DNA from: a virus
Lineage: Duplodnaviria; Heunggongvirae; Uroviricota; Caudoviricetes
DNA length: 64,000 nucleotides
IMG/VR virus record: IMGVR_UViG_3300044638_005715
Coordinates: 39,398-103,397 of that record
Direction: 5' to 3' (one strand)
Shown: positions 19,415-29,109 of the stretch, one piece after another
Position numbering within the stretch: the stretch's first letter is position 1
How the letters are laid out: each line of letters opens with the position of its first letter
Translations under genes and position numbers: made by a program
Notes under the pieces: generated by a model
The model's input: the letters and a program-made list of their open reading frames with translations, nothing else
The model's database searches: none
Told to the model about the DNA's origin: nothing

Positions 19415-19895
19415 TGAATTACTTGCAGATGCTTATTGTATTGCTACTATCAAAGGATTAATTACGAGATATACACAAAAAGTGGGAAAATATGTAGATT
19501 ATAGTGATTTAGAATCTATAGCTATGGAGGGTGCTTGGAATGCATTATGTTCTTACAATCCAGAAAAATCTGCATTTACAACACATTTACATAATACAAT
19601 AGAATATAAATTGAGAACATTTTGTTATAAGAGTAGGAAAAAATATAATAAAATGAGAGAAATATGCAAGCATAGGGTCGATCTTGTATCTATCAAAAAT
19701 GAGTATTACAAAAATCATTCGAATCCAGCACTTGAAATTATAAATGATTTAGATGATGAGGAAAAATCCATATTAATTGATAAATTTATTGGAAATTATA
19801 CTAATATTGAAATGGCAGAAAAATATAATGTGAATAATCAAGAAACTATGAGACTTAAAATTAAAAAAATATTACACAAAATACAAAATCAATGA
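19371..19895 (+). CDS. RNA polymerase sigma factor (sigma70/ECF-like, regions 2 and 4)
   Basis: IAMEGAWNAL (region-2-like) and C-terminal HTH LIDKFIGNYTNIEMAEKYNVNNQETMRLKIKKILHKI (region 4). Confidence 0.55.
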   Translation: MVELYMIRKQIATFDELLADAYCIATIKGLITRYTQKVGKYVDYSDLESIAMEGAWNALCSYNPEKSAFTTHLHNTIEYKLRTFCYKSRKKYNKMREICKHRVDLVSIKNEYYKNHSNPALEIINDLDDEEKSILIDKFIGNYTNIEMAEKYNVNNQETMRLKIKKILHKIQNQ

Positions 19896-19964
19896 GTATA
19901 ATAATAATGGAATAGGACTATATTTAGGAACACAGGACTGATATTTTGCTGGAGTTTTATTATT

Positions 19965-20660
19965 ATGGCAGTCCCAGGTTTTAAGGGCCACTTACGCAAT
20001 ACTAGCGGTGGCGAATATACTAAGCAAACATATAGTGCAGTTGCACTTGGTTTAACTGATCCAGAAGTTATTTTCACAAGGGCTTTTGGCATTAATGATG
20101 CAATACAGTCCAATCAATTAGCTTCGCGTGATACTTTACCCCGTGAACGAAGTGGTGCAGGCACATATAATGCTAAGAAAATTCTTTCAGGTGGAGAATT
20201 TGCATATAATGCCGCTAAATATGGTACTTATATTGCTTCTCGTTTAACCAATAAATTGGCAGGCATTAGCAATAATGCATTGTTATTTATGGGTAAGGGT
20301 AAGTTACGCAAAATTAATCATGATTTTGCTCATGACTTTGGTGCTAGGATTTTATCAGCATTTAGGGCAAATCTATTTGCTCCATTAGGGCTATTAGATA
20401 ATGGTCAAAAATTAAAGTCTCGTCGTTTGTGGCTTGATCCCGCTAATCGTAATTCTGCATCTGGGGCCGCTCCAGTAAGCTTAACCACCACCAATATGTT
20501 AGATATTGCTGATGGTAATGCAACAGATAAGGCATTCGATAGGGCATCCAAACCAACAAGGGCTATTCCTGGAACACTTGTTGTTCTCATTGACTTTACA
20601 GATGCTGATATTGCTACCAGTGGCAATTATCTACAATATAGTCCAATTACCTACGCTTAA
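19965..20660 (+). CDS. hypothetical Ala/Gly/Ser-rich protein in a self-contained transcription unit with deviant GC-richer codon usage
   Basis: RBS GGAG; CGT/CGC arginine codons unlike the rest of the window; followed directly by a strong terminator. Confidence 0.55.
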   Translation: MAVPGFKGHLRNTSGGEYTKQTYSAVALGLTDPEVIFTRAFGINDAIQSNQLASRDTLPRERSGAGTYNAKKILSGGEFAYNAAKYGTYIASRLTNKLAGISNNALLFMGKGKLRKINHDFAHDFGARILSAFRANLFAPLGLLDNGQKLKSRRLWLDPANRNSASGAAPVSLTTTNMLDIADGNATDKAFDRASKPTRAIPGTLVVLIDFTDADIATSGNYLQYSPITYA

Positions 20661-20680
20661 TTCTTGTATAATTTAGAAAA

Positions 20681-20708
20681 AGGGGATAGCAATATCCCCT
20701 TATTTTTT
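20681..20708 (+). terminator. rho-independent terminator
   Basis: Stem AGGGGATA/TATCCCCT with loop GCAA, followed by TTATTTTTTAA. Confidence 0.8.
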
Positions 20709-20724
20709 AAATCGAGGAATTATT

Positions 20725-21036
20725 ATGAGCATGTCCTTACAGGATATAATAAATACTTCATTTATAATATTGCAAATATTTTGCATATTGTTATTGCCAC
20801 TTATTATATGGATGGTAAAATCAATTATGACGCAAGATAAAGATATTGCATTATTAAAGAAGGAAGTTGATGAAGCATTTCCAGCAAGATTTATCTCCAT
20901 GGAAAAAAATATTACTAATGTTCAAGAAAATTTAAAACAGTTAACAGAAGATTCTATTTATACGAAGAGTAAAATAGAAAGAATTGAAGAATTATTGGTT
21001 GACCTTAAAAAAGAAATTATAAGAGATAGAAAATGA
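20725..21036 (+). CDS. single-pass membrane protein with a coiled-coil tail
   Basis: Hydrophobic segment FIILQIFCILLLPLIIWMV followed by a charged helical region. Confidence 0.45.
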   Translation: MSMSLQDIINTSFIILQIFCILLLPLIIWMVKSIMTQDKDIALLKKEVDEAFPARFISMEKNITNVQENLKQLTEDSIYTKSKIERIEELLVDLKKEIIRDRK

Positions 21037-21233
21037 ATAAAGATCTAATTGATAGGATTAATGAAGCAAGAAATGAGGATATGGCAAAACATAAATCACT
21101 TATGTATATTAGTGAGAATGTATCAATTAGTTGGGATGAAATTATTCAAGCATTAGAAGATAAAAATAAACCTACTATCAGTTCTGCTATATTTAATGAG
21201 CAATATGATAATGGGTATGATCAATTTAAATAA
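21033..21233 (+). CDS. hypothetical small protein
   Basis: 66-aa ORF. Confidence 0.35.
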   Translation: MNKDLIDRINEARNEDMAKHKSLMYISENVSISWDEIIQALEDKNKPTISSAIFNEQYDNGYDQFK

Positions 21234-21246
21234 TTTATAAATTCTA

Positions 21247-21774
21247 ATGAGACAAGACAAAATATCTAATTTTATGCAATTGGCTTTTACAATTGCTAAT
21301 AGGTCCCCAGACCCAAAAACTAAATGTGGTTCAATAATAACAGATAATCGTGGAAGAATCATAGGATCGGGCTATAATGGAATGCCCCGAGATACTGATG
21401 AAGAAGCATTTCCATGGGAACGCGGCGAAGGGCAAGAAGACCCATTATCCAAGTACCCATATGTACACCACGCGGAAAAAAATGCCATTCTAAATTGTGT
21501 TGTTACGCCACATTATATTGGCGGTGCAATTTGTTATGTTAATGGCAAATGTTGCTTTAGATGTTTAAATGACCTATGGCAATTTGGAATTCATACAGTA
21601 TATCAGGGCAATGTATTACCCAGAATGGTTGACGATAATCATAAAAAAATTATTGATCGCATTATATCTAAAACGGGTATTAATATTATCAACGTAGATT
21701 GTTCCATATATAATTGGTATGAAGACATCATGAGGCAGCAAAATGAGTATTTTCGACAAGAGAACAGCCTTTAA
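21247..21774 (+). CDS. dCMP deaminase
   Basis: HHAEKNAIL and CCFRCLN zinc motifs (HAE...CxxC) of deoxycytidylate deaminases. Confidence 0.7.
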   Translation: MRQDKISNFMQLAFTIANRSPDPKTKCGSIITDNRGRIIGSGYNGMPRDTDEEAFPWERGEGQEDPLSKYPYVHHAEKNAILNCVVTPHYIGGAICYVNGKCCFRCLNDLWQFGIHTVYQGNVLPRMVDDNHKKIIDRIISKTGINIINVDCSIYNWYEDIMRQQNEYFRQENSL

Positions 21775-23674
21775 GCCCTTTGAATATCCTGATGTTATTA
21801 AATTTGTGGATGCTATAAATCACAGTTATTGGCTTCACTCGGAATGGAATTTCATTTCTGACATACAGGATTTTAACACAAAATTAAGTGAGAAGGAAAA
21901 AAATGCAATAAAAAATGCATTATTGGCCATATCTCAAATAGAGGTTAGTGTTAAAAGCTTTTGGGGCAAATTACATGACACATTACCAAAACCAGAATTT
22001 AATGCTGTTGGTGCCACATTTGCGGAATCTGAGTGTTTCGATAACCAAACAGAAGTGTTAACATCTGATGGTTGGATTAAATTTGAGGAATTATCAAATC
22101 TTCATGAAGTGGCACAGTATGATATTGATACCAAACACATAACATTTGAAAAGCCACTAGAAGTAATAAAGAAACCATATAATGGAAAAATGCATATTTA
22201 CCAGGGGAGAAGGACGGACTTATGTGTGACTCCAAACCATGAATTATTACTAATAAATCCACACAGCAAAAAAATCAATAAGAAAAAATCAATAAGCGGT
22301 GCTTGGGGAAGAAACTTTTATTATCCTAGCTCTGGATATGGTGTCGGCACATTAGAATTTACAGATATTGACAGATTGTTAATAGCCATTCAGGCCGATG
22401 GATCTTTATACGGTGCATGTCCAAGTGGTACTGGTAGAAAAGATTTTTGTTTTGAGTTATCTAAAAATAGAAAAATAAAGAGAATAAAATATATACTTCA
22501 AAAACTACAAATAAATTATACAGAATCCATAAGATCTAGTAATAATCATACTATTATTAGTGGTGTATTACCAGATTATATTGATGTGGACAAGATAAAG
22601 AACTTTGACTATATTGATGTCACAAAAATATCACCGGAATTTTGTAGGAATTTTATTGAAGAATTATTAAATTGGGATGCCTCATTAAAAACATATTATA
22701 ATTCAAATGAAAAAGCTGTTGATAAAGTTCAAATCATAGCAACTCTCGGGGGATTTACATGCTCCAAAGGTATCAATAGAACCAAAGAGCAAAACATGTT
22801 AAGAAAAAACCCAGACGGAAACATTAGAAAATCATCTAAAACTCAATATTCTGTAAATATAACAAACACAGACAAAATTGTTTATCCACATAGAAAAGAA
22901 ATAGATTATGATGATATGGTATATTGTGTTACAATGTCCAAGGGAACAGTTGTTACTAGAAGGGGATCTAGTGTTTCTATACAAGGTAATTGTAGACACG
23001 AAAGGGCTTATAGCCACTTGTTAGAAGTATTAGATCTTAATCATGATTTTGAGATTCTATTACAGAATCCAGTAATTCAGGGCCGAGTAGATTATTTAAC
23101 TAAATATCTTAAAGGGGCCGCCGATAATAATAAAGAAGCATATACATTAACACTTACTTTATTTTCCCTTTTCATTGAGAATGTTAGTTTATTCAGCCAA
23201 TTTGCAATTATTAAATCATTTAACAAATATAAGAATGTGTTGAAGGACATAGACAATGTTGTGCAAGCAACACAACAGGAAGAACAGCTACACGCTAAGT
23301 TTGGGGCCTACATTGTTAATCAAATTAAATTAGAGTATCCTGAGTGGTTCGATGAAGAATTTTATGCCAAAATTAAAAGGGCCTGCCACAAAGCTTATGA
23401 TGCCGAGTCCAAGATTATTGATTGGATTTTTGAATTAGGCGATTTAGAATTTATAACAGCAAAACAAATTAAAGAATTTATTAAGAATAGGTTTAATCTA
23501 TCATTAGATATGATTGGTTGCGATCCTGTTTTTGATATTGATTCAGAGATTATTAAACAGATGAAATGGTTTGATGAGGAAATATATACTACAAATAATA
23601 TAGATTTCTTCAATAAGAAAAGTACAAATTATAGTAAAAAGATTGATTCTATTAATTCAGGGGATTTATTTTAA
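21743..23674 (+). CDS. nrdB: ribonucleotide reductase small subunit NrdB interrupted by an intein
   Basis: Extein FAESE|...|CRHERAYSHLL restores the E-x-x-H iron ligands. C-terminal DFFNKKSTNYSK is the R1-binding tail. Internal LLIAIQADGS matches LAGLIDADG. Confidence 0.75.
   Translation: MSIFDKRTAFKPFEYPDVIKFVDAINHSYWLHSEWNFISDIQDFNTKLSEKEKNAIKNALLAISQIEVSVKSFWGKLHDTLPKPEFNAVGATFAESECFDNQTEVLTSDGWIKFEELSNLHEVAQYDIDTKHITFEKPLEVIKKPYNGKMHIYQGRRTDLCVTPNHELLLINPHSKKINKKKSISGAWGRNFYYPSSGYGVGTLEFTDIDRLLIAIQADGSLYGACPSGTGRKDFCFELSKNRKIKRIKYILQKLQINYTESIRSSNNHTIISGVLPDYIDVDKIKNFDYIDVTKISPEFCRNFIEELLNWDASLKTYYNSNEKAVDKVQIIATLGGFTCSKGINRTKEQNMLRKNPDGNIRKSSKTQYSVNITNTDKIVYPHRKEIDYDDMVYCVTMSKGTVVTRRGSSVSIQGNCRHERAYSHLLEVLDLNHDFEILLQNPVIQGRVDYLTKYLKGAADNNKEAYTLTLTLFSLFIENVSLFSQFAIIKSFNKYKNVLKDIDNVVQATQQEEQLHAKFGAYIVNQIKLEYPEWFDEEFYAKIKRACHKAYDAESKIIDWIFELGDLEFITAKQIKEFIKNRFNLSLDMIGCDPVFDIDSEIIKQMKWFDEEIYTTNNIDFFNKKSTNYSKKIDSINSGDLF
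22034..22990 (+). mobile_element. intein (319 aa, LAGLIDADG homing-endonuclease domain) within nrdB
   Basis: Starts at Cys (CFDNQ...) and ends ...SIQGN followed by a +1 Cys; penultimate residue is Gly rather than His. Confidence 0.65.
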
Positions 23675-25332
23675 TGGATAGCCTACATAGTAAATATCGG
23701 TGGTTAACACAAGCATCTTATGATTTTTTAAAACGTGATTATTTATTAGAGGGACAAACTCTAGAGGATCGCGTTAATATCATATGTGAGAACGCACAAA
23801 AAATATTAGGTATTGATGGTTTTTCGGCTAAATTAAAATCCTATATAGAAAATGGTTGGATATCATTATCAACCCCTATATGGTGTAATTTTGGGGTGGA
23901 TCGTGGTCTTCCAATTAGTTGTTTTTCATCGTATGTAGATGATAATATGGAATCCATTTTATATTCTACTGCTGAAGTCGGTATGATGACTAAAAATGGT
24001 GGTGGTACATCTGCATATTTTGGTGCTTTGAGACCTAGAGGGGCCACTATTACTAATAATGGAACAAGTTCTGGGCCAGTTCATTTTATGCAAATATTTG
24101 AAACATTATTAGGGGTTATTAGTCAGGGTTCATGTAGAAGGGGTAATTTTGCTGCCTATCTTGCTATTGAACATCCAGATATTATGGAATTTTTAAGTTT
24201 GCGTAGCGAGGGTAATCCAATTCAGGATATTTCCTTTGGAGTTTGTGTTAGTGATGAGTTCATGAATTCTATGATTGCTGGCGACGAACACAAGAGAAAA
24301 GTATGGGCAAGGGTCTTACAAAGAAGGAAAGAGTCTGGATATCCATATATTATGTTCTCAGACACTGTGAATAATAATACTGTTGACATATATAAGGATA
24401 AAAATTTACGGATTCATTCATCAAATCTCTGTTCCGAAATTTTATTGCCAACGGATAAAGATAATTCATTTGTTTGTGACTTATCCTCTGTCAATCTTTT
24501 ATATTATGATGAATGGAAGGATACCGATTTAGTAGAAACAGTAGTTTTCTTATTAGATGCTGTAATGACAGAATTTATTGAGAAGGCAAGTAAAATAAAG
24601 TATATGGAAAGGGCTGTTAATTTCGCTAAAAATCATAGGGCCCTTGGCCTCGGTGTGATAGGTTGGCATAGTTATTTACAATCTAATATGATTGCTTATG
24701 AAAGTATGAAAGCTAAAAATTTAAATTCTAAAATATTTAAAGATATTAAAACAAAGTCATACGATGCCTCTAAGAAATTAGCGGAAATATACGGTGAGCC
24801 AACCCTATTAAGCGGTTATGGTCGTAGAAATACAACATTAATGGCTATTGCCCCTACTAAATCATCTGCTTTTATTATGGGCCAAGCATCTGAATCTACC
24901 GAGGTTGAAAAAAGCAATTATTATATCAAAGATTTGGCTAAAATTAAGGTTAGTCATAAAAATCCTTATTTGATAAAAGTATTAGAGGCCCATGGTAAAA
25001 ATACTGAAATTGTATGGGATTCAATATTAAAAAATAATGGAAGTGTTCAGCATTTAGAATTTTTAACCGAACATGAAAGAAATGTATTTAAAGCTTCTTG
25101 GGAAATATCAGTTATGGAAGTTATAATTCAAGCAGCACAACGCCAGAAATATATTGACCAGGGGCAATCATTAAATATTATGATTCATCCCAGCACACCT
25201 GCTAAAGAAATTAACACTCTTATGATTGAAGCATGGAAAATGGGCATCAAAACATTATACTATCAATATAGCATGAATGCCGCCCAAGAATTTAATAGGG
25301 CACTATTAGAATGTAAGTCCTGCGAAGGATAA
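23674..25332 (+). CDS. nrdA: ribonucleotide reductase large subunit NrdA (short form, no ATP cone)
   Basis: NLCSEILLP active-site motif; start overlaps the nrdB stop (TAATG). Confidence 0.75.
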   Translation: MDSLHSKYRWLTQASYDFLKRDYLLEGQTLEDRVNIICENAQKILGIDGFSAKLKSYIENGWISLSTPIWCNFGVDRGLPISCFSSYVDDNMESILYSTAEVGMMTKNGGGTSAYFGALRPRGATITNNGTSSGPVHFMQIFETLLGVISQGSCRRGNFAAYLAIEHPDIMEFLSLRSEGNPIQDISFGVCVSDEFMNSMIAGDEHKRKVWARVLQRRKESGYPYIMFSDTVNNNTVDIYKDKNLRIHSSNLCSEILLPTDKDNSFVCDLSSVNLLYYDEWKDTDLVETVVFLLDAVMTEFIEKASKIKYMERAVNFAKNHRALGLGVIGWHSYLQSNMIAYESMKAKNLNSKIFKDIKTKSYDASKKLAEIYGEPTLLSGYGRRNTTLMAIAPTKSSAFIMGQASESTEVEKSNYYIKDLAKIKVSHKNPYLIKVLEAHGKNTEIVWDSILKNNGSVQHLEFLTEHERNVFKASWEISVMEVIIQAAQRQKYIDQGQSLNIMIHPSTPAKEINTLMIEAWKMGIKTLYYQYSMNAAQEFNRALLECKSCEG

Positions 25333-25333
25333 A

Positions 25334-26320
25334 ATGATAAATAATCATAGATATCAATATTACGCTAAAGCTATTAATATATCATTAAATGATAATAGTG
25401 ATAGGCTCATAAACTTAGGTTTATCTAAATATTTAAGTGGTGTACAATCATTTAGTTCATCACTGTCTATTAATCCTATCGATATGGGTGATATTGACTT
25501 TAATATATCTAATTCACGCAATAATTGTGATATTAATTTGGAAAGATATATAAGAAAAAGTGGTGATTTTTTTATAACACAGTCTAATTCTATAATTAAT
25601 GAACTCTTCAAAAATAAGGGATTGGCAATTCCATTTAATATTATAGCAATTTATGGAAATGAAAATGAAGGCCGTGTTTTGAGCGGAAATGTTAATTATA
25701 CATATGTGTATAAAAATTTTCGAATCACTTCATTGAGATATGATATGTCAATTAGGGGGCCTGGAATTAAAGAATCCATCGGTTGGATAGGAACTGATAT
25801 ATATGTGGATCAGAATCCACAATTGCAATTTCCTAATGCGGCCGAGAATGTAGACCTATTTCATAGAGAAGATTTTATACCAATTTTTTCTCCTTCTAAT
25901 CATTCTATACTACCAGATTTGGTACATGATTTAATTAATCATCATACTGGGTTAGATGAGCATTATATGGGACTTCAAGATATATCTATATCAATTGATA
26001 TTCCATATACTGAATTAGTGGATGAGGGAACATGGAATTTGAATAATGCAAATAAATATTATTTAGTTAATGTTCCTATATTAATAGAGACAATATTCAC
26101 TCTTAATACTAAAAGGGGCACACTAGATAAATATTTTAATAGTAGTCCAGATAGAGACAATAATACAATTAAATTAAATTATGGTAACTTTCAATTTAAT
26201 ATGGGAGATAATAATCGACTAATATCTATGTCAACGAAAGGTGGGGACACTGATGGTTCAATAGAAACATTGGATATTACATATAATAATTTTAATGCAT
26301 TCAAAATTCAGGGTTTATAA
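25334..26320 (+). CDS. hypothetical Asn-rich protein
   Basis: 328-aa ORF. Confidence 0.45.
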   Translation: MINNHRYQYYAKAINISLNDNSDRLINLGLSKYLSGVQSFSSSLSINPIDMGDIDFNISNSRNNCDINLERYIRKSGDFFITQSNSIINELFKNKGLAIPFNIIAIYGNENEGRVLSGNVNYTYVYKNFRITSLRYDMSIRGPGIKESIGWIGTDIYVDQNPQLQFPNAAENVDLFHREDFIPIFSPSNHSILPDLVHDLINHHTGLDEHYMGLQDISISIDIPYTELVDEGTWNLNNANKYYLVNVPILIETIFTLNTKRGTLDKYFNSSPDRDNNTIKLNYGNFQFNMGDNNRLISMSTKGGDTDGSIETLDITYNNFNAFKIQGL

Positions 26321-26997
26321 TGACAAGAAAAAAACAGCATGATGTAAAAGTAACTGACACAAGAAAAATCTTGAAACCACAAACTAAAAATCAAGCAAGT
26401 TATATCAGGGATATTGCAGAAAATGATATAACATTTTGTACGGGGCCAGCGGGAACTGGCAAAACGGCTATTGCTGTTGGTATGGCGTGTGAATATCTAT
26501 TAGAAGGCAGAATAGAAAAGGTTATTATTACTAGGCCCATCATTGAATCTGGCCGAGGAATTGGGTTTTTACCAGGGTCAGCAATGGAAAAGGTTCACCC
26601 GTACATGGTTCCAGTAATAGAAGAAATGGAGGAATATTTAGGAAAAGAGGCATTGCATAGATATAGGTCTACTGATGTTATTCAGGTATGCCCATTAGAA
26701 TATATGCGTGGTCGTAACTTTCATAATGCCTTCGTAATTTTAGATGAGGCACAAAACTGCACGATTAAACAAATAAAAATGTTTATTACTAGAATCGGAA
26801 AAAATTCTAAAGTAGTATTAAATGGTGATATTGATCAAGTAGATTTACCAGAATATTGCAGGGACTCATTTAAGAGATGTATTAATGCTGCTGAAAATAT
26901 GGAACATATTGCTGTATCATATTTGCGTTATGAGGATATTGTAAGAAGTCATACATATGGTGAGTTACTTAGGGCACTAAATAAATTAGGTGATTAA
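26320..26997 (+). CDS. phoH: PhoH-like ATPase
   Basis: Walker A GPAGTGKT; PhoH-like length and downstream motifs. Confidence 0.75.
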   Translation: MTRKKQHDVKVTDTRKILKPQTKNQASYIRDIAENDITFCTGPAGTGKTAIAVGMACEYLLEGRIEKVIITRPIIESGRGIGFLPGSAMEKVHPYMVPVIEEMEEYLGKEALHRYRSTDVIQVCPLEYMRGRNFHNAFVILDEAQNCTIKQIKMFITRIGKNSKVVLNGDIDQVDLPEYCRDSFKRCINAAENMEHIAVSYLRYEDIVRSHTYGELLRALNKLGD

Positions 26998-27354
26998 ATG
27001 CCAAGATATAGTTTTACTTGTGAAAAATGTGGTCATAACCAGGAGAAATTCTGGTTAATTTCAGAATATGATAATAATCTTAAATCATGTAAATGTGAAA
27101 AATGTAAAAGTAGAAAAATATATAGGAATTATCAATCTGATAATATGTACGGATCTGTCAGAGAAGTTAAAACTGTCGGGCAGCTTGCTGAAAGAAATAC
27201 AAAGAAAATGGGGCGATATGAATTGGAGAATAGATTAAAAGAGGATAAAATTCCAGAAGAGATTGAGAAGCGTAATAAACGCCAAAAACTGAATAAGTTG
27301 TCTAAAATGAATGATAAGCAAAAAACAAAGTATATCATGGAAGGGGAATTATGA
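26998..27354 (+). CDS. zinc-ribbon / lysine-rich protein
   Basis: CEKCGH...CKCEKCKS. Confidence 0.4.
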   Translation: MPRYSFTCEKCGHNQEKFWLISEYDNNLKSCKCEKCKSRKIYRNYQSDNMYGSVREVKTVGQLAERNTKKMGRYELENRLKEDKIPEEIEKRNKRQKLNKLSKMNDKQKTKYIMEGEL

Positions 27355-27584
27355 TATCTGATATCCATGATAATATACAGAATAATATAGATGATTACCC
27401 TCATAAAGCAGAAGTTACTATATCTATAAAAATATTGTCTGACACACCCAATGGTTTAAGAGCAAGGGATGATTTAGCCAAAGTGGGAATTTTCAATGTT
27501 CTTGGCTATAATAAAGATAATTGCCTATCTAAACTAGATGGTGTTATACATTATATTTCTTTAAAATCGGATCATTATCAATGA
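27351..27584 (+). CDS. hypothetical small protein
   Basis: 77-aa ORF. Confidence 0.35.
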   Translation: MISDIHDNIQNNIDDYPHKAEVTISIKILSDTPNGLRARDDLAKVGIFNVLGYNKDNCLSKLDGVIHYISLKSDHYQ

Positions 27585-27853
27585 TAGTAAAATATATAGG
27601 TATTAATGGGGCCGAATCAGACGAACAACATTCATTCCTAAAGATTGTAGAACAAAATGGAAAAACATTTTATTTTGGTCTAATTTATGAGGGTCTGTTA
27701 ATTAATCCATATACTGACAGATTTACTCTAAGTAAAAGGATTAAATCTAAATTTGTTAAGATTTCTAAACATGTTTATGATAATTATATGAAATTTCTAG
27801 AGACTCAAAAAACTCCACATTTAAATATTGCTAGAAGGGGATTAATAGGATGA
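27581..27853 (+). CDS. hypothetical small protein
   Basis: 90-aa ORF. Confidence 0.35.
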   Translation: MIVKYIGINGAESDEQHSFLKIVEQNGKTFYFGLIYEGLLINPYTDRFTLSKRIKSKFVKISKHVYDNYMKFLETQKTPHLNIARRGLIG

Positions 27854-28194
27854 AAAGAGGGCCGTTATCAAATAGCGACAAAGACTATATAGCAGCTAAT
27901 CATAAAAAGAAGCCGTTAGCAACATTAGTTAAAAAATTGCAAAAGTCAGAAAATTTAATTTCTGCTTATATTAATATATTAAATAACCCACCACAACAAC
28001 AGACATCGGAAGAAAATACTACTGGAAAGCAGACAGTGGTGGATACTTCAAAGTTGTTTATTAATCATCGTGGGGCGACAGTTATGACTCCAAATGCCTC
28101 ATCTATTTCAGATCAAAATAAATCTGTTAGGAAACCATCTGGTGTAAAATACATGAAAGATTGTGTTTATAAAATAAAGCCTGAAAAAACATGA
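27850..28194 (+). CDS. hypothetical protein
   Basis: 114-aa ORF. Confidence 0.35.
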   Translation: MKRGPLSNSDKDYIAANHKKKPLATLVKKLQKSENLISAYINILNNPPQQQTSEENTTGKQTVVDTSKLFINHRGATVMTPNASSISDQNKSVRKPSGVKYMKDCVYKIKPEKT

Positions 28195-28694
28195 TATGCA
28201 CAGAAATTAATGAACATATAAAATCACTGATACGCAATATGGAAATATTGTGGTCTGTAAAATTGAATGATGGTACAGAAGTATATTCCGATTATTATAT
28301 ATATGGGCTAGAAAGTCCGTGGATCAGATTGCAAGAATATTGCAACTCTAATAATAAATATATAATTTCTGTACACGTTATAATGTTTGGAAGTGAAAAA
28401 ATAACATTAATGGAGAATGAAAATGGCCTAGATGGTGTATTTGTTCATCGGGGATCTTCTAAGGAAATTTTAATTAATGATGAATGCGATACTGGTGTAT
28501 CATATAAACATGTTGTATGTGGTTTATTGAATAATGATACTGGAATTATACACGTTAAAAAATTCTCATGGCCAGAAAACTGTATAGAACCCTTTATCCA
28601 GGAAAGAAATTTAACGAAATTAAACTTTGACTTAATGATTTTTAAAAATGACGAAAGAAAAAGAGAAGCTGGAGAAAAATTTCAAATCTCCTAG
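28191..28694 (+). CDS. hypothetical protein
   Basis: 167-aa ORF. Confidence 0.4.
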   Translation: MICTEINEHIKSLIRNMEILWSVKLNDGTEVYSDYYIYGLESPWIRLQEYCNSNNKYIISVHVIMFGSEKITLMENENGLDGVFVHRGSSKEILINDECDTGVSYKHVVCGLLNNDTGIIHVKKFSWPENCIEPFIQERNLTKLNFDLMIFKNDERKREAGEKFQIS

Positions 28695-29109
28695 TACGGG
28701 TCAACTATGCACATTACCACAATACATTGCTGAAATTATATGCACACGAAAGTCCGAGAAAGAAAATAAAGGCAATTTAGCATTTAAATTTTGGAATAAG
28801 TCGCAGAAAAAACAATATGAAATACAAATCATATGTGCAAATAAATTAATAAAAAAATATGGTAATGAAGCTGTTTTATCTTTTATAAATAATAATAAGC
28901 ACATATATTCATTGGGTTATTATCAACCACATGCATTTGTAGAAGAACTAATACAAGCTGAAGTTGAAAAAATAGCTAATAAAATAGTTGAACATAATAT
29001 TACAATAATTGATCAACCAACTGATATAAAGCCAGTTAAAAAGCTGGCAAAGAAAAATATATTTTCACAAATGAAAAGGATAGAAAATGGCGAAAGTGAA
29101 AAAAACTGA
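28648..29109 (+). CDS. hypothetical protein
   Basis: 153-aa ORF; 47-nt overlap with the previous gene. Confidence 0.35.
   Translation: MTKEKEKLEKNFKSPSTGQLCTLPQYIAEIICTRKSEKENKGNLAFKFWNKSQKKQYEIQIICANKLIKKYGNEAVLSFINNNKHIYSLGYYQPHAFVEELIQAEVEKIANKIVEHNITIIDQPTDIKPVKKLAKKNIFSQMKRIENGESEKN

Noticed and set aside
19965-20660. Possibility that the GC-richer gene is an assembly chimera or contaminant
   Set aside because: It is flanked on both sides by typical AT-rich phage sequence with a matching RBS and terminator; the frames run continuously across its boundaries.
28191-29109. Programmed frameshift joining 28191-28694 and 28648-29109
   Set aside because: No slippery heptamer was evident at the overlap; treated as two overlapping genes.
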